A stretch of DNA of 64,000 nt, taken from positions 96,140 to 160,139 of IMG/VR virus record IMGVR_UViG_3300035660_000001. One strand, given 5' to 3'. Each line of letters starts with the position of its first letter. The stretch's first letter is position 1. This document shows, piece by piece, positions 56,471 through 64,000 of this stretch. Below the pieces are notes generated by a model, which saw only the letters and a list, made by a program, of their open reading frames with translations, did not search any database and was not told the origin of the DNA. The stretch comes from a virus. The position numbers and the translations under genes were made by a program.

Positions 56471-56499
56471 TTGACTTATACTTTGGAATCAGTTATAAT
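56471..56499 (+). promoter_or_regulatory. sigma70 promoter, probably giving a near-leaderless transcript
   Basis: TTGACT-17bp-TATAAT; ATG 10 nt downstream with no SD. Confidence 0.8.
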
Positions 56500-56508
56500 A
56501 CTTCCCTC

Positions 56509-57363
56509 ATGAGCCTTTATTTCACAGCCAGGGATCAGAAGGTTTATCATGGGGACTTCCTTAAGGCGAAGGACGTTCCCGCAGGGTCGGTCGATCTGAT
56601 AGTCACGAGCCCGCCCTACAACGTCGGGATAAACTATTCCGGCCACGAGGACAACCTCCCTTACGATGAGTTCCTCAAGTTCAGTGAGACCTGGATGGCG
56701 AAATGTTTTAAGCTCGGGAAGGACGATTGCCGATTCTGTTTGAACGTGCCGTTCAACACGCACAAGTGGGGTCATCGGGGAACGCTGGCCGACTTCACTT
56801 GGCTCGCCCAGAAGGTCGGTTGGCTGTATCACTCGACCGTCGTGTGGAACAAGCAGGCGGTTCCTAGCCGGACGGCCTGGGGATCGTGGATGTCCGCGAG
56901 CGCCCCGCACATCCTTCAACCTGCGGAGGCCATCGTCGTCCTCTACAAGAAGAACTGGGCGAAGGACAAGTCGGGGGAGTCCAATATCACCCGGGAGGAG
57001 TTCATCGAATGGACAATCGGAATCTGGAACATCGGAGGGGAGGATCCCGCAGTGGCCGGACACCCGGCGCCTTTCCCGGTCGAGCTTCCCCGAAGGTGTA
57101 TGCGCCTTCTGAGCTACGTCGGGGACACCGTGCTGGATCCTTTCGTCGGTTCGGGAACAACCCTGGTGGCCTGTGCTCTCGATCGCCGGATAGGGATCGG
57201 CTACGACAAGGACGGGAAATACTGCGAGGTCACCAAGAACAGACTGGTCCGGGACGGGATGGTCTTGCAGGAGGGGCTATTCGATCATCTCGAACGTGGG
57301 GAGACCTGCTTCTTGAGAACCAAGCCGCAGGGGAGTTTCCTCGAGGAGCCCAAATTTGAGTAG
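56509..57363 (+). CDS. Beta-class N4C/N6A DNA methyltransferase
   Basis: TSPPY, HPAPFP, DPFVGSGT. Confidence 0.9.
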   Translation: MSLYFTARDQKVYHGDFLKAKDVPAGSVDLIVTSPPYNVGINYSGHEDNLPYDEFLKFSETWMAKCFKLGKDDCRFCLNVPFNTHKWGHRGTLADFTWLAQKVGWLYHSTVVWNKQAVPSRTAWGSWMSASAPHILQPAEAIVVLYKKNWAKDKSGESNITREEFIEWTIGIWNIGGEDPAVAGHPAPFPVELPRRCMRLLSYVGDTVLDPFVGSGTTLVACALDRRIGIGYDKDGKYCEVTKNRLVRDGMVLQEGLFDHLERGETCFLRTKPQGSFLEEPKFE

Positions 57364-58189
57364 AGAGTTAACCTCGAATGTCTACGAAGGTGATTGCCTC
57401 GAGGTTCTCCGGAGCCACGAGGCTGATAAATACGATCTCATTATGACGTCGCCTCCCTACGCCGATCGCCGGAAGAAAACGTATCAGGGTGTTCCCCCAG
57501 AGAAGTATGTGGAATGGTTTCTCCCCCGCAGTGAGCAGTTCTTGCGGACCCTGAAGCCGACCGGGACGTTCATCCTAAATATCAAGGAGAGTGCGGAGGA
57601 CGGCCAGCGGCTTACCTACGTCCTCGAGTTGATTCTGGCGTTGGTCGATCAGGGATGGTTGTGGACTGAGGAGTTCATCTGGAACAAGGTCTGCTGTTAT
57701 CCCGGGAAGTGGCCGAACCGATTCCGGGACGCCTGGGAGCGGCTCCTGCAGTTTAACAAGACGCCCAAGTTCAAAATGTTCCAGGATCGGGTGATGATTC
57801 CGGCCAGCGAGAGGACGATCACCCGGGCACGGAAGATGCGGGGGGATGACTACATCCGGAGGACGAACAAGACTCAGAGCGGCTTCGGGTCCAAGATCGC
57901 AAACTGGGTTGGCCGGACGAAGGTCTACCCGACGAACGTCTTGACCTTACCGACCGAGACGCAGAACCGGATTCACAGTGCCGCCTTCCCGCAGGTGCTT
58001 CCGGAGTGGTTTATCACGCTGTTCACGGACGAGTGGGACTGGGTGCTGGATCCGTTCGTGGGGGTCGGGACGACGCTCGATGCGGCTATCAAGCTCAACC
58101 GTCATTCGGTGGGCATCGAATTGAAACCGAGCTATGCTAAGATCGCAGAAGACCATACGAAAAAGTCCAGGGCACTGTTCTTCTTCTAA
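57356..58189 (+). CDS. Beta-class N4C/N6A DNA methyltransferase
   Basis: TSPPY, HSAAFP, DPFVGVGT. Confidence 0.9.
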   Translation: MSRELTSNVYEGDCLEVLRSHEADKYDLIMTSPPYADRRKKTYQGVPPEKYVEWFLPRSEQFLRTLKPTGTFILNIKESAEDGQRLTYVLELILALVDQGWLWTEEFIWNKVCCYPGKWPNRFRDAWERLLQFNKTPKFKMFQDRVMIPASERTITRARKMRGDDYIRRTNKTQSGFGSKIANWVGRTKVYPTNVLTLPTETQNRIHSAAFPQVLPEWFITLFTDEWDWVLDPFVGVGTTLDAAIKLNRHSVGIELKPSYAKIAEDHTKKSRALFFF

Positions 58190-58452
58190 GGTGACTTCCC
58201 TGGTATGCGCCAGGGTCCAGGTGCTCTACATGATGAGGCCGGGGTGTAAGGTGAGGGATAAGATGCTGGAAACTCTCGGAGATAACCTTCACCAAGGCGG
58301 GATCCTCAGAACGTGGAAGACGTGGGACCGGATAATGGCGATGGTGATCACGTCTATGCGGAGGAGAACGAAACAGACTCGTCGGGAAGAGCTGTTGGGT
58401 CGGGTTCTGGACGGCATTGAGTTTATGCTTCGGAAGAACGGATATCGCAGAT

Positions 58453-58528
58453 CGGGGCGTGGTGTAGTCCGGCCTAACACACCTGCCCTTCAAGCAGGCG
58501 ATCATGGGTTCAAATCCCATCGCCCCGA
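58453..58528 (+). tRNA. tRNA-Glu(TTC), C33
   Basis: Cloverleaf; CCTGC-CCTTCAA-GCAGG. Confidence 0.8.
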
Positions 58529-58530
58529 CA

Positions 58531-60068
58531 ATGGTTAAGCTCTTCATCGGAGATGCTCGTGACGTTCTGGCCGCCCTGCCGGAGAAGAGCGTCCATGCCG
58601 TGATCACCAGCCCGCCCTACTACGGACTGCGGGCGTATAAGAGTCCCCCATCCGTGTGGGGAGGTAAGAAGGACTGTAAGCACAAGTGGGGGGCTACGAT
58701 CCCTCACCCCATGAGGAAGTCTGGCCAGCACGGCCCGGGGAGCTGTGTGGCGGTCGGGACGAAGGCCGCACAGCACGGGCTCAGGAAGACGGGGGATCAG
58801 GGATGCTTCTGTGGGCGTTGCGGGGCGTGGAGGGGTATCCTAGGCATGGAACCGACGCTAGAGCTCTACGTGGAGCACCTGGGCGTGATTGGGGAGGGTA
58901 TACGGAGGGTCTTGCGGGACGACGGGATATTCTGGCTCAACCTCGGGGACTCCTACATGGGGAGCGGCGGTCCAGGGGGAGATTTCCGAGACGGGAAGGG
59001 GGAGACATCTACTGCCGACCCTACAACCGGAAGGGGGACGGCCTCAAGATGAAGGATATGTGCGCCGTGCCGTGGAGGGTTGCCCTGGCCTTTCAGATGA
59101 GCGGCTGGTGGTTACGATCCGACTGCATCTGGAAGAAGGAGAACGTAATGCCCGAGAGCATCGACGGATGGCGTTGGGAGAAGCACAGGGTGAAAGTGAA
59201 GAATCTCCGGAAGGCGTCTACCGAGTGGGCTACCAAGAGCGGGAATACTTCGGGAGACGCCGGGCCGGGCCTGTCCCACAATCCCTGGGCTGAATATAAG
59301 CCCTGCCTCGGATGTGCGGAGTGCCTCCCGAACGATGGCCTCGTTCTTCGGAGGGGAGCGTGGAGGCCGACGAAGGCTCACGAGTACGTCTTTATGTTTA
59401 CGAAGGGCGAGCGTTACTTCGGAGACGGGGATGCCGTTCGGGAAGAGGCCGTCACCTCGGAGTGGCCTGGGATCGGACCGAAGCACATCTCAGCACGGTC
59501 CAGGCTTGAGGAATACGTTCCGATGGAAACCAGGGAGACCCGAAACCGCAGGACGGTCTGGACGATCAACACGACGGGATTCAAAGGCGCCCACTTCGCC
59601 ACCTTCCCTCCGGCCCTCGTGGAGGTCATGGTGAACGTGTCTACGAGCTTCCGGGGCGTCTGCAGGAAGTGCGGGTCCCAGTGGGCCCGGGTCGTGAACC
59701 GAAAGAGCCTCGAGCGTCACGAGCTCAACCGAACCGATCCACGGTTCCGTCCGTCAAGATACAAGGGGAAATACGGAGAGCTCAAAGGCGAGACGGGGAA
59801 TGCCCAACGGTACGTGGAGATCGAACACCTCGGATGGCGACCGACGTGCAAGTGCAATGCCGGGGAGCCCGTTCCGGCAGTCGTCCTGGATCCCTTCGTC
59901 GGGTCGGGGACGGCCTGCTTCGAGGCCCAGCGGCTCGGGAGGGATGCCATCGGGGTAGACGTCTCGGATGAGTATATCCAGATGAGCCTGAAGAGGGTGC
60001 GGGACGATGCTCCTCTGTTCAACCAGGTCGAAGTGATTTACTCGAATGGCAGGTCGACGAAAAAGTAG
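58531..60068 (+). pseudogene. Beta-class DNA methyltransferase split by a frameshift near 59000
   Basis: TSPPY and WLNLGDSY in one frame; KD...PWRVA, HFATFP, DPFVGSGT in the -1 frame; G5 run at 58998-59002. Confidence 0.75.
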
Positions 60069-60084
60069 GAGATTTGCATGTGCA

Positions 60085-60159
60085 TGCGGGGTAGACCAAT
60101 AGTAAGTCAGTGGCCCCATAAGCCTCGGATTCTGGGTGCGAATCCCAGCCCCGCAACCA
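60085..60159 (+). tRNA. tRNA-Met(CAT), C33
   Basis: TGCGGGG/CCCCGCA acceptor; CCCATAA loop; CCA end. Confidence 0.8.
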
Positions 60160-60189
60160 GGACTTATAAACTTATAAAAGGAGGGAGCA

Positions 60190-60468
60190 ATGAAGGTAAC
60201 GATCGGTCGTGAGGGGTTGACGAAATCGTGGCAGAGAAACTTTCCCGCCACGACGCCGTGTGTGCATTTCGGATGCAAGGGAATCGCTCGGATCGGGTTT
60301 GTCGCTCACGAGGGTCTCAAGGGAACGAGGGACAAGGGCGGAAAGAGGGTCTATAACCTTCATAAGAACAAGGGTTCGGGAAGTTATTGGCTTCACGATC
60401 TCTGTGCGGTAGCGGTTTACTTCTGCCGGGTGTGCTTGGAGACCACGGCACTCTACAATCAGGGCTGA
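60190..60468 (+). CDS. Hypothetical zinc-binding protein
   Basis: SD AGGAGG; CVH..C, CRVC. Confidence 0.55.
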   Translation: MKVTIGREGLTKSWQRNFPATTPCVHFGCKGIARIGFVAHEGLKGTRDKGGKRVYNLHKNKGSGSYWLHDLCAVAVYFCRVCLETTALYNQG

Positions 60469-60557
60469 GGCGGGCTGATGGAAGTGGTAGACAAGTGAGG
60501 CTTAAACCCTCATGGCCTTACATAGCCGTCTGGGTCCGAATCCCAGGCCCGCCACCA
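60469..60557 (+). tRNA. tRNA-Leu(TAA)
   Basis: TGAGG-CTTAAAC-CCTCA; long variable arm; CCA. Confidence 0.9.
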
Positions 60558-60558
60558 T

Positions 60559-60635
60559 AGGAGCGTAGTTCAATGGATCAGAACGCACGGCTCCAACCCG
60601 TGTTGATAGGGGTTCAAATCCTCTCGCTCCTGCCA
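60559..60635 (+). tRNA. tRNA-Trp(CCA)
   Basis: CACGG-CTCCAAC-CCGTG. Confidence 0.9.
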
Positions 60636-60640
60636 AAATT

Positions 60641-60716
60641 GGGGATGTATTTCAATGGCGAGAATGCCTGCCCTACAAGCAGGAGATTGGAGGTTCGAGT
60701 CCTCCCGTCCCCACCA
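60641..60716 (+). tRNA. tRNA-Val(TAC), C33
   Basis: CCTGC-CCTACAA-GCAGG. Confidence 0.9.
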
Positions 60717-60791
60717 GGGTCCTTAGCTCAGATGATAGAGCACCGGACTCATAATCCGAAGGCCTGGGTTTGATTCCCAGAGGACCCACCA
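60717..60791 (+). tRNA. tRNA(CAT), Ile2 or elongator Met
   Basis: CGGA-CTCATAA-TCCG. Confidence 0.85.
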
Positions 60792-60799
60792 GAGGAAAC

Positions 60800-60885
60800 G
60801 GGGGAGTGGTGAAATTATGGTAGACACGCTGGTTCCAGACACCAGTGCTTTAAGCGTAAGGGTTCAAATCCCTTCTCCCCCACCA
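60800..60885 (+). tRNA. tRNA-Leu(CAG), C33
   Basis: CTGGT-TCCAGAC-ACCAG; long variable arm. Confidence 0.85.
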
Positions 60886-60889
60886 ATGT

Positions 60890-60964
60890 TCTGGCGTGAC
60901 TCAACGGTAGAGTGCCCGGCTGTTAACCGGGTTGTTGGAGGTTCGACTCCTCCCGCCAGAGCCA
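60890..60964 (+). tRNA. tRNA-Asn(GTT)
   Basis: CCCGG-CTGTTAA-CCGGG. Confidence 0.9.
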
Positions 60965-60973
60965 GAAATAGTT

Positions 60974-61044
60974 GCCGATGTGACTCAACGGTAGAGTGCC
61001 AGTCCTGTAAACTGGTTATGGAGGTTCGACTCCTCTCGTCGGCT
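60974..61044 (+). tRNA. tRNA-Thr(TGT), C33
   Basis: CCAGT-CCTGTAA-ACTGG; no encoded CCA. Confidence 0.85.
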
Positions 61045-61047
61045 TAT

Positions 61048-61123
61048 GGTGGCCGTCGTCCAACGGTAGGACACGTGGCTGTGGCCCACGGAATGAGGAG
61101 TTCGATTCTCCCCGGTCACCCCA
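61048..61123 (+). tRNA. tRNA-His(GTG)
   Basis: CGTGG-CTGTGGC-CCACG; G-1 present. Confidence 0.9.
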
Positions 61124-61129
61124 AGATAT

Positions 61130-61206
61130 CGCGGCATCGCCAAGTGGCTAAAGGCGGCGGTCTGCAGAACCGCTATGCGGGGGTTCGACTCCCCCTGCCG
61201 CGTCCA
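61130..61206 (+). tRNA. tRNA-Cys(GCA)
   Basis: GCGGT-CTGCAGA-ACCGC; U73. Confidence 0.9.
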
Positions 61207-61210
61207 GAAT

Positions 61211-61283
61211 GCTGGCATAGCTCAACAGGTGGAGCGGCTCCTTCGTAAGGAGAAGGTTGGGGGTTCGACTCCTCCTGCCAGCT
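61211..61283 (+). tRNA. tRNA-Thr(CGT)
   Basis: CTCC-TTCGTAA-GGAG. Confidence 0.85.
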
Positions 61284-61302
61284 TTAACCAAAGGAGGGAT
61301 GC

Positions 61303-61539
61303 ATGAAGAAACCAGTGAGATCACACAAGAAGAAGGAGCCTGAGGGTCCAAAGAAAGGAACGGTCGCCTGGGCCGATAAGCAGTTAGGTGAGCGTCAATT
61401 CAGGGCTATGGTCGAGCGGGGAAACTCGAAGGAGAGCCTTCAAGCCTTCTGCTTCTATGCCGGGAAGGTGGAAGGGATCATGGAGGTTCGGGGGATTCTG
61501 TCCACGGTCCGGATCCCGAAGGTCAAGAAGAAAGGGTGA
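61303..61539 (+). CDS. Hypothetical basic protein inside tRNA array
   Basis: SD AAGGAGG. Confidence 0.55.
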   Translation: MKKPVRSHKKKEPEGPKKGTVAWADKQLGERQFRAMVERGNSKESLQAFCFYAGKVEGIMEVRGILSTVRIPKVKKKG

Positions 61540-61620
61540 GGTGCCAGAGCGGTCGATTGGGCCCGCCTGTAGAGCGGGAGCCGACAAGCCACGGAGGTTC
61601 AAATCCTTCCCTCACCACCA
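61535..61620 (+). tRNA. tRNA-Tyr(GTA)
   Basis: CCCGC-CTGTAGA-GCGGG; long variable arm. Confidence 0.9.
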
Positions 61621-61627
61621 ATTTCAG

Positions 61628-61714
61628 GGAGAGTGTCCGGTTGGTCGAGGAAGCGGTTCCGAAAACCGTTACCGTTAACTGCGGTCGAGGGTTCGATTCC
61701 CTCACTCTCCGCCA
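61628..61714 (+). tRNA. tRNA-Ser(CGA), C33
   Basis: GCGGT-TCCGAAA-ACCGT; long variable arm. Confidence 0.85.
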
Positions 61715-61719
61715 TAGAT

Positions 61720-61806
61720 GGAGGGCGATCCGGCTGGTACGAGGAGGCGGTCCTGAAAACCGTTGGCGTGTAAAAGCGCTCGGGGGTTCGAGTCCCCTGC
61801 CCTCCG
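61720..61806 (+). tRNA. tRNA-Ser(TGA), C33
   Basis: GCGGT-CCTGAAA-ACCGT. Confidence 0.85.
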
Positions 61807-61814
61807 CTGTAATG

Positions 61815-61899
61815 GGAGACGTGATCGAGAGGTTTAAGATGGCTGTCCGGAAAGCAGTCGAGCTGAAAGGCTCCACAGGTTCGAATCCTGTCGTCTCCG
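61815..61899 (+). tRNA. tRNA-Ser(GGA), C33
   Basis: GCTGT-CCGGAAA-GCAGT. Confidence 0.85.
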
Positions 61900-61904
61900 C
61901 AGAT

Positions 61905-61980
61905 TGGGGGATCATCTAATTGGTTAGGATACGAGGCTCTGACCCTCGAAATTGGGGTTCGAATCCCCGTCCCTCAGCCA
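61905..61980 (+). tRNA. tRNA-Gln(CTG)
   Basis: CGAGG-CTCTGAC-CCTCG. Confidence 0.9.
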
Positions 61981-61989
61981 TGAATGATC

Positions 61990-62073
61990 GGCGGGCTGGC
62001 GGAACCTGGTATACGCTGAGGTCTCAAACACCTCTGGGAAACCGTCAGGGTTCGAATCCCTGGCCCGCTACCA
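61990..62073 (+). tRNA. tRNA-Leu(CAA)
   Basis: GAGGT-CTCAAAC-ACCTC. Confidence 0.9.
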
Positions 62074-62087
62074 AATAGGGAGAAGCG

Positions 62088-62411
62088 ATGCAGACGACTT
62101 ACTGTGATGGATGCAAGAAGGAGATCGTCTTAACTCCCCATGAGAACCGTATCGGGCGGGGGCCCGGCGAATGGTATAGCATTACCGTAAGTGACGGTTC
62201 CCGGACTGTCGGTCAGATGGATTTGTGTGCTGACTGCATGGGTAAAATGTCTCCGGTGGACCGGATCGCCGGAGGGCAAGTCGCCGTGCCGGAGGGGGGA
62301 ACGAGTAGGACCCAGGATATTCGGTACTGGCAAAAAATGAGAAACTGGACGATCATGACGGTGGTGCGGTTAAATAGAAATGAACCCGATCCACCGGAAC
62401 CGAAAGACTAG
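62088..62411 (+). CDS. Hypothetical zinc-binding protein inside tRNA array
   Basis: CDGC...DLCADC. Confidence 0.6.
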   Translation: MQTTYCDGCKKEIVLTPHENRIGRGPGEWYSITVSDGSRTVGQMDLCADCMGKMSPVDRIAGGQVAVPEGGTSRTQDIRYWQKMRNWTIMTVVRLNRNEPDPPEPKD

Positions 62412-62482
62412 TGGGGGATAGGCTAACGGTAGGCCGCGAGGCTTTGACCCTCGGGATGAAGGTTCGACTCCTTCTCCCTCAG
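62412..62482 (+). tRNA. tRNA-Gln(TTG)
   Basis: CGAGG-CTTTGAC-CCTCG. Confidence 0.85.
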
Positions 62483-62488
62483 CTTAAT

Positions 62489-62573
62489 GCCGAGATGGTG
62501 AAACTTGGTAGACACGCACGTTCGAGGGGCGTGTGCCTTTGGCGTGAGGGTTCAAGTCCCTCTCTCGGCACCA
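62489..62573 (+). tRNA. tRNA-Leu(GAG), C33
   Basis: CACGT-TCGAGGG-GCGTG. Confidence 0.85.
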
Positions 62574-62578
62574 GTTTA

Positions 62579-62654
62579 GCCGGAGTAGCTCAAATAGTAG
62601 AGCGCAGGTCTGAAGAGCCTGGCGTAGGCGGCGCGATACCGCCCTCCGGCACCA
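62579..62654 (+). tRNA. tRNA-Phe(GAA)
   Basis: CAGGT-CTGAAGA-GCCTG; atypical T-loop. Confidence 0.85.
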
Positions 62655-62660
62655 GATCTC

Positions 62661-62748
62661 GGAGCAGTGGCCGAGTGGACGAAGGCGGCACTCTGCTAAG
62701 GTGTTGGGCCCACGGGCCCCGAAGGTTCAAATCCTTCCTGCTCCGCCA
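62661..62748 (+). tRNA. tRNA-Ser(GCT)
   Basis: GCACT-CTGCTAA-GGTGT; long variable arm. Confidence 0.9.
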
Positions 62749-62756
62749 TAATACGA

Positions 62757-62832
62757 GCGGGTGTAGCTCAGATGGTAGAGCGCCTGTATGCCACGCAGGA
62801 GGTCGCGGGATCGAAACCCGTCACCCGCTCCA
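62757..62832 (+). tRNA. tRNA-Gly(GCC)
   Basis: CCTGT-ATGCCAC-GCAGG. Confidence 0.9.
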
Positions 62833-62836
62833 GATC

Positions 62837-62912
62837 GCAGGTGTGATGCAATGGTAGCAGACCTGGCTTTTAACCAGGGGGGTTGGAGGTTCGACTCCTC
62901 TCACCTGCACCA
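62837..62912 (+). tRNA. tRNA-Lys(TTT)
   Basis: CCTGG-CTTTTAA-CCAGG. Confidence 0.9.
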
Positions 62913-62915
62913 AGA

Positions 62916-62928
62916 TGCTCTTTGAAAA
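62916..62928 (+). promoter_or_regulatory. boxA-like antitermination element
   Basis: TGCTCTTTGAAAA in a tRNA spacer; resembles rrn boxA. Confidence 0.55.
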
Positions 62929-62929
62929 T

Positions 62930-63004
62930 GCGGGCGTGGCTCAATGGAAGAGCACCTGATTCTTAATCAGGGTGTTGAAGGTTCAAGTCCTTTCGCCCGC
63001 ACCA
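62930..63004 (+). tRNA. tRNA-Lys(CTT)
   Basis: CCTGA-TTCTTAA-TCAGG. Confidence 0.9.
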
Positions 63005-63010
63005 GGATGA

Positions 63011-63085
63011 GCAGGCACAGCTTAGGGGTCAAGCATTCGGCTGATATCCGAACGATCACAGGTTCGATTCCTGTTGCCTGCACCA
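63011..63085 (+). tRNA. tRNA-Ile(GAT)
   Basis: TTCGG-CTGATAT-CCGAA. Confidence 0.85.
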
Positions 63086-63087
63086 GT

Positions 63088-63163
63088 GCGCCTGTAGTTC
63101 AATGGATAGAACGCCAGCCTACGGAGCTGGATGTTAGGGGTTCGACTCCTCTCAGGCGTACCA
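63088..63163 (+). tRNA. tRNA-Arg(ACG)
   Basis: CCAGC-CTACGGA-GCTGG. Confidence 0.9.
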
Positions 63164-63168
63164 GAATT

Positions 63169-63244
63169 GCGCCTGTAACTCAATGGATCGAGTATCGGGT
63201 TTCTACCCCGAGAGTTGAGGGTTCGACTCCCCCCAGGCGCGCCA
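63169..63244 (+). tRNA. tRNA-Arg(TCT)
   Basis: TCGGG-TTTCTAC-CCCGA. Confidence 0.9.
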
Positions 63245-63246
63245 AT

Positions 63247-63322
63247 GCGCCCGTAGCTCAATGGATCGAGCATCTGCGTCCTAAGCAGAGGGTTAAGGGT
63301 TCGACTCCCTTCGGGCGCGCCA
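63247..63322 (+). tRNA. tRNA-Arg(CCT)
   Basis: TCTGC-GTCCTAA-GCAGA. Confidence 0.9.
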
Positions 63323-63324
63323 AT

Positions 63325-63401
63325 ATTCCCGTAGCTCAATTGGATAGAGCGATGGCCTCCGGAGCCATAGGTTGGAGGTTCGATCCCTCTCGGGAGTACC
63401 A
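63325..63401 (+). tRNA. tRNA-Arg(CCG)
   Basis: ATGGC-CTCCGGA-GCCAT. Confidence 0.9.
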
Positions 63402-63402
63402 T

Positions 63403-63476
63403 GCGGTTGTGGTGAAGCGATATCATGTCTGCCTTCCAAGCAGAGGTCGCGGGTTTGATTCCCGCCAGCCGCACCA
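63403..63476 (+). tRNA. tRNA-Gly(TCC)
   Basis: TCTGC-CTTCCAA-GCAGA. Confidence 0.9.
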
Positions 63477-63479
63477 TGT

Positions 63480-63553
63480 GGGACCGTCGTTCAACGGTAG
63501 GACATCTGCCCTGCAAGCAGAGGATGAGGGTTCGACTCCCTTCGGCTCCACCA
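63480..63553 (+). tRNA. tRNA-Ala(TGC), C33
   Basis: TCTGC-CCTGCAA-GCAGA; G3:U70. Confidence 0.9.
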
Positions 63554-63574
63554 TAAATTAACGGAGGATGCGAG

Positions 63575-63793
63575 ATGGATCAGGCAACGAAGGAGAAAAT
63601 CGACGGGATGGACTACGAGTCGATGCTCCGGCTGTGGAGGAATGCCCCGGCTGGAAACCCAATGTTCCAGGGGGATACGGGGGCTTACTTCTCTAAGGTC
63701 ATGGCAGAGAAGCGGGACGCCCTTCCCGAAGGGGCCGCTGTGAGGGCCAGCAAGAACATAGGCTGGGATGGTCCAGATTCGGTTAGGACGTAA
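63575..63793 (+). CDS. Hypothetical phage protein inside tRNA array
   Basis: LLRLWR-like segment, FQGDTG.YF, ASKNIGW; SD GGAGG. Confidence 0.65.
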   Translation: MDQATKEKIDGMDYESMLRLWRNAPAGNPMFQGDTGAYFSKVMAEKRDALPEGAAVRASKNIGWDGPDSVRT

Positions 63794-63800
63794 GATGCAC

Positions 63801-63876
63801 GGGGGCGTAGTTCAGGTGGGAGAACGCCTGATTGTCGATCAGGAGGTCGCGGGTTCGATACCCGTCGTCCCCGCCA
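63801..63876 (+). tRNA. tRNA-Asp(GTC)
   Basis: CCTGA-TTGTCGA-TCAGG. Confidence 0.9.
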
Positions 63877-63881
63877 AAGAT

Positions 63882-63958
<77 letters not shown>

Positions 63959-63962
63959 AGAT

Positions 63963-64000
63963 CGGGGAGTAGCTCAGATGGCAAGAGTTCCTGATTTGGG
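63963..64000 (+). tRNA. tRNA-Pro(TGG), truncated by window end
   Basis: CGGGGAG start, D-arm, CCTGA-TTTGGG. Confidence 0.7.

Noticed and set aside
58453-58528. Opal suppressor or Sec tRNA (TCA in loop) and genetic recoding
   Set aside because: The stem centres TTC as anticodon, there is no long variable arm, and genes read cleanly with standard stops.
5203-60396. Minus-strand ORFs throughout
   Set aside because: All shadow well-supported plus-strand genes and show no motifs or SD signals.
63170-63178. Unit 8 spacer B (CGCCTGTAA) matches tRNA-Arg(TCT)
   Set aside because: A lone 9-mer match is expected by chance in 64 kb, and partner spacer A does not match next to it.
60573-63561. ORFs 60573, 60817, 61536, 62411, 62944 and antisense ORFs in the tRNA array
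   Set aside because: They are translations of tRNA genes.

Overview
A 64-kb segment of a large, GC-rich bacteriophage genome; every credible gene is on the + strand. From left to right: (1) the 3' part of a very long Ser-Gly-X collagen-like fibre gene with a lectin-like C-terminus; (2) a radical SAM gene, a nuclease-less type IIG-like DNA methyltransferase and a ~10-kb glycosylation locus (GT2/GT9, SAM methyltransferases, FnlA/FnlC-like enzymes); (3) an early-type region of small genes behind near-consensus sigma70 promoters, including DUF932, an ATP-dependent ligase, a minimal PolX and a beta-clamp-like protein; (4) a Nop/IS110-domain protein with no nuclease domain, followed directly by a 10-unit stem-flanked dual-spacer array (CCA-N9-TGAAWY-CCA-N9-TG), i.e. 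a TIGR-Tas-type RNA-guided system; (5) a phage-encoded ubiquitin-like operon (Ubl, E2-like, JAB, E1/ThiF), followed by small, often SH3/KOW-like proteins that belong to a set of 14 proteins sharing the C-terminal tail hydrophobic-x-[VIL]-x-G-x-[LI]; (6) a replication module (loader, DnaB, primase, SSB-like, SF2 helicase) and three more DNA methyltransferases; (7) 35 tRNA genes covering all 20 amino acids, ten of them with C33 in place of the near-invariant U33. All calls come from manual motif reading; no database searches were run.
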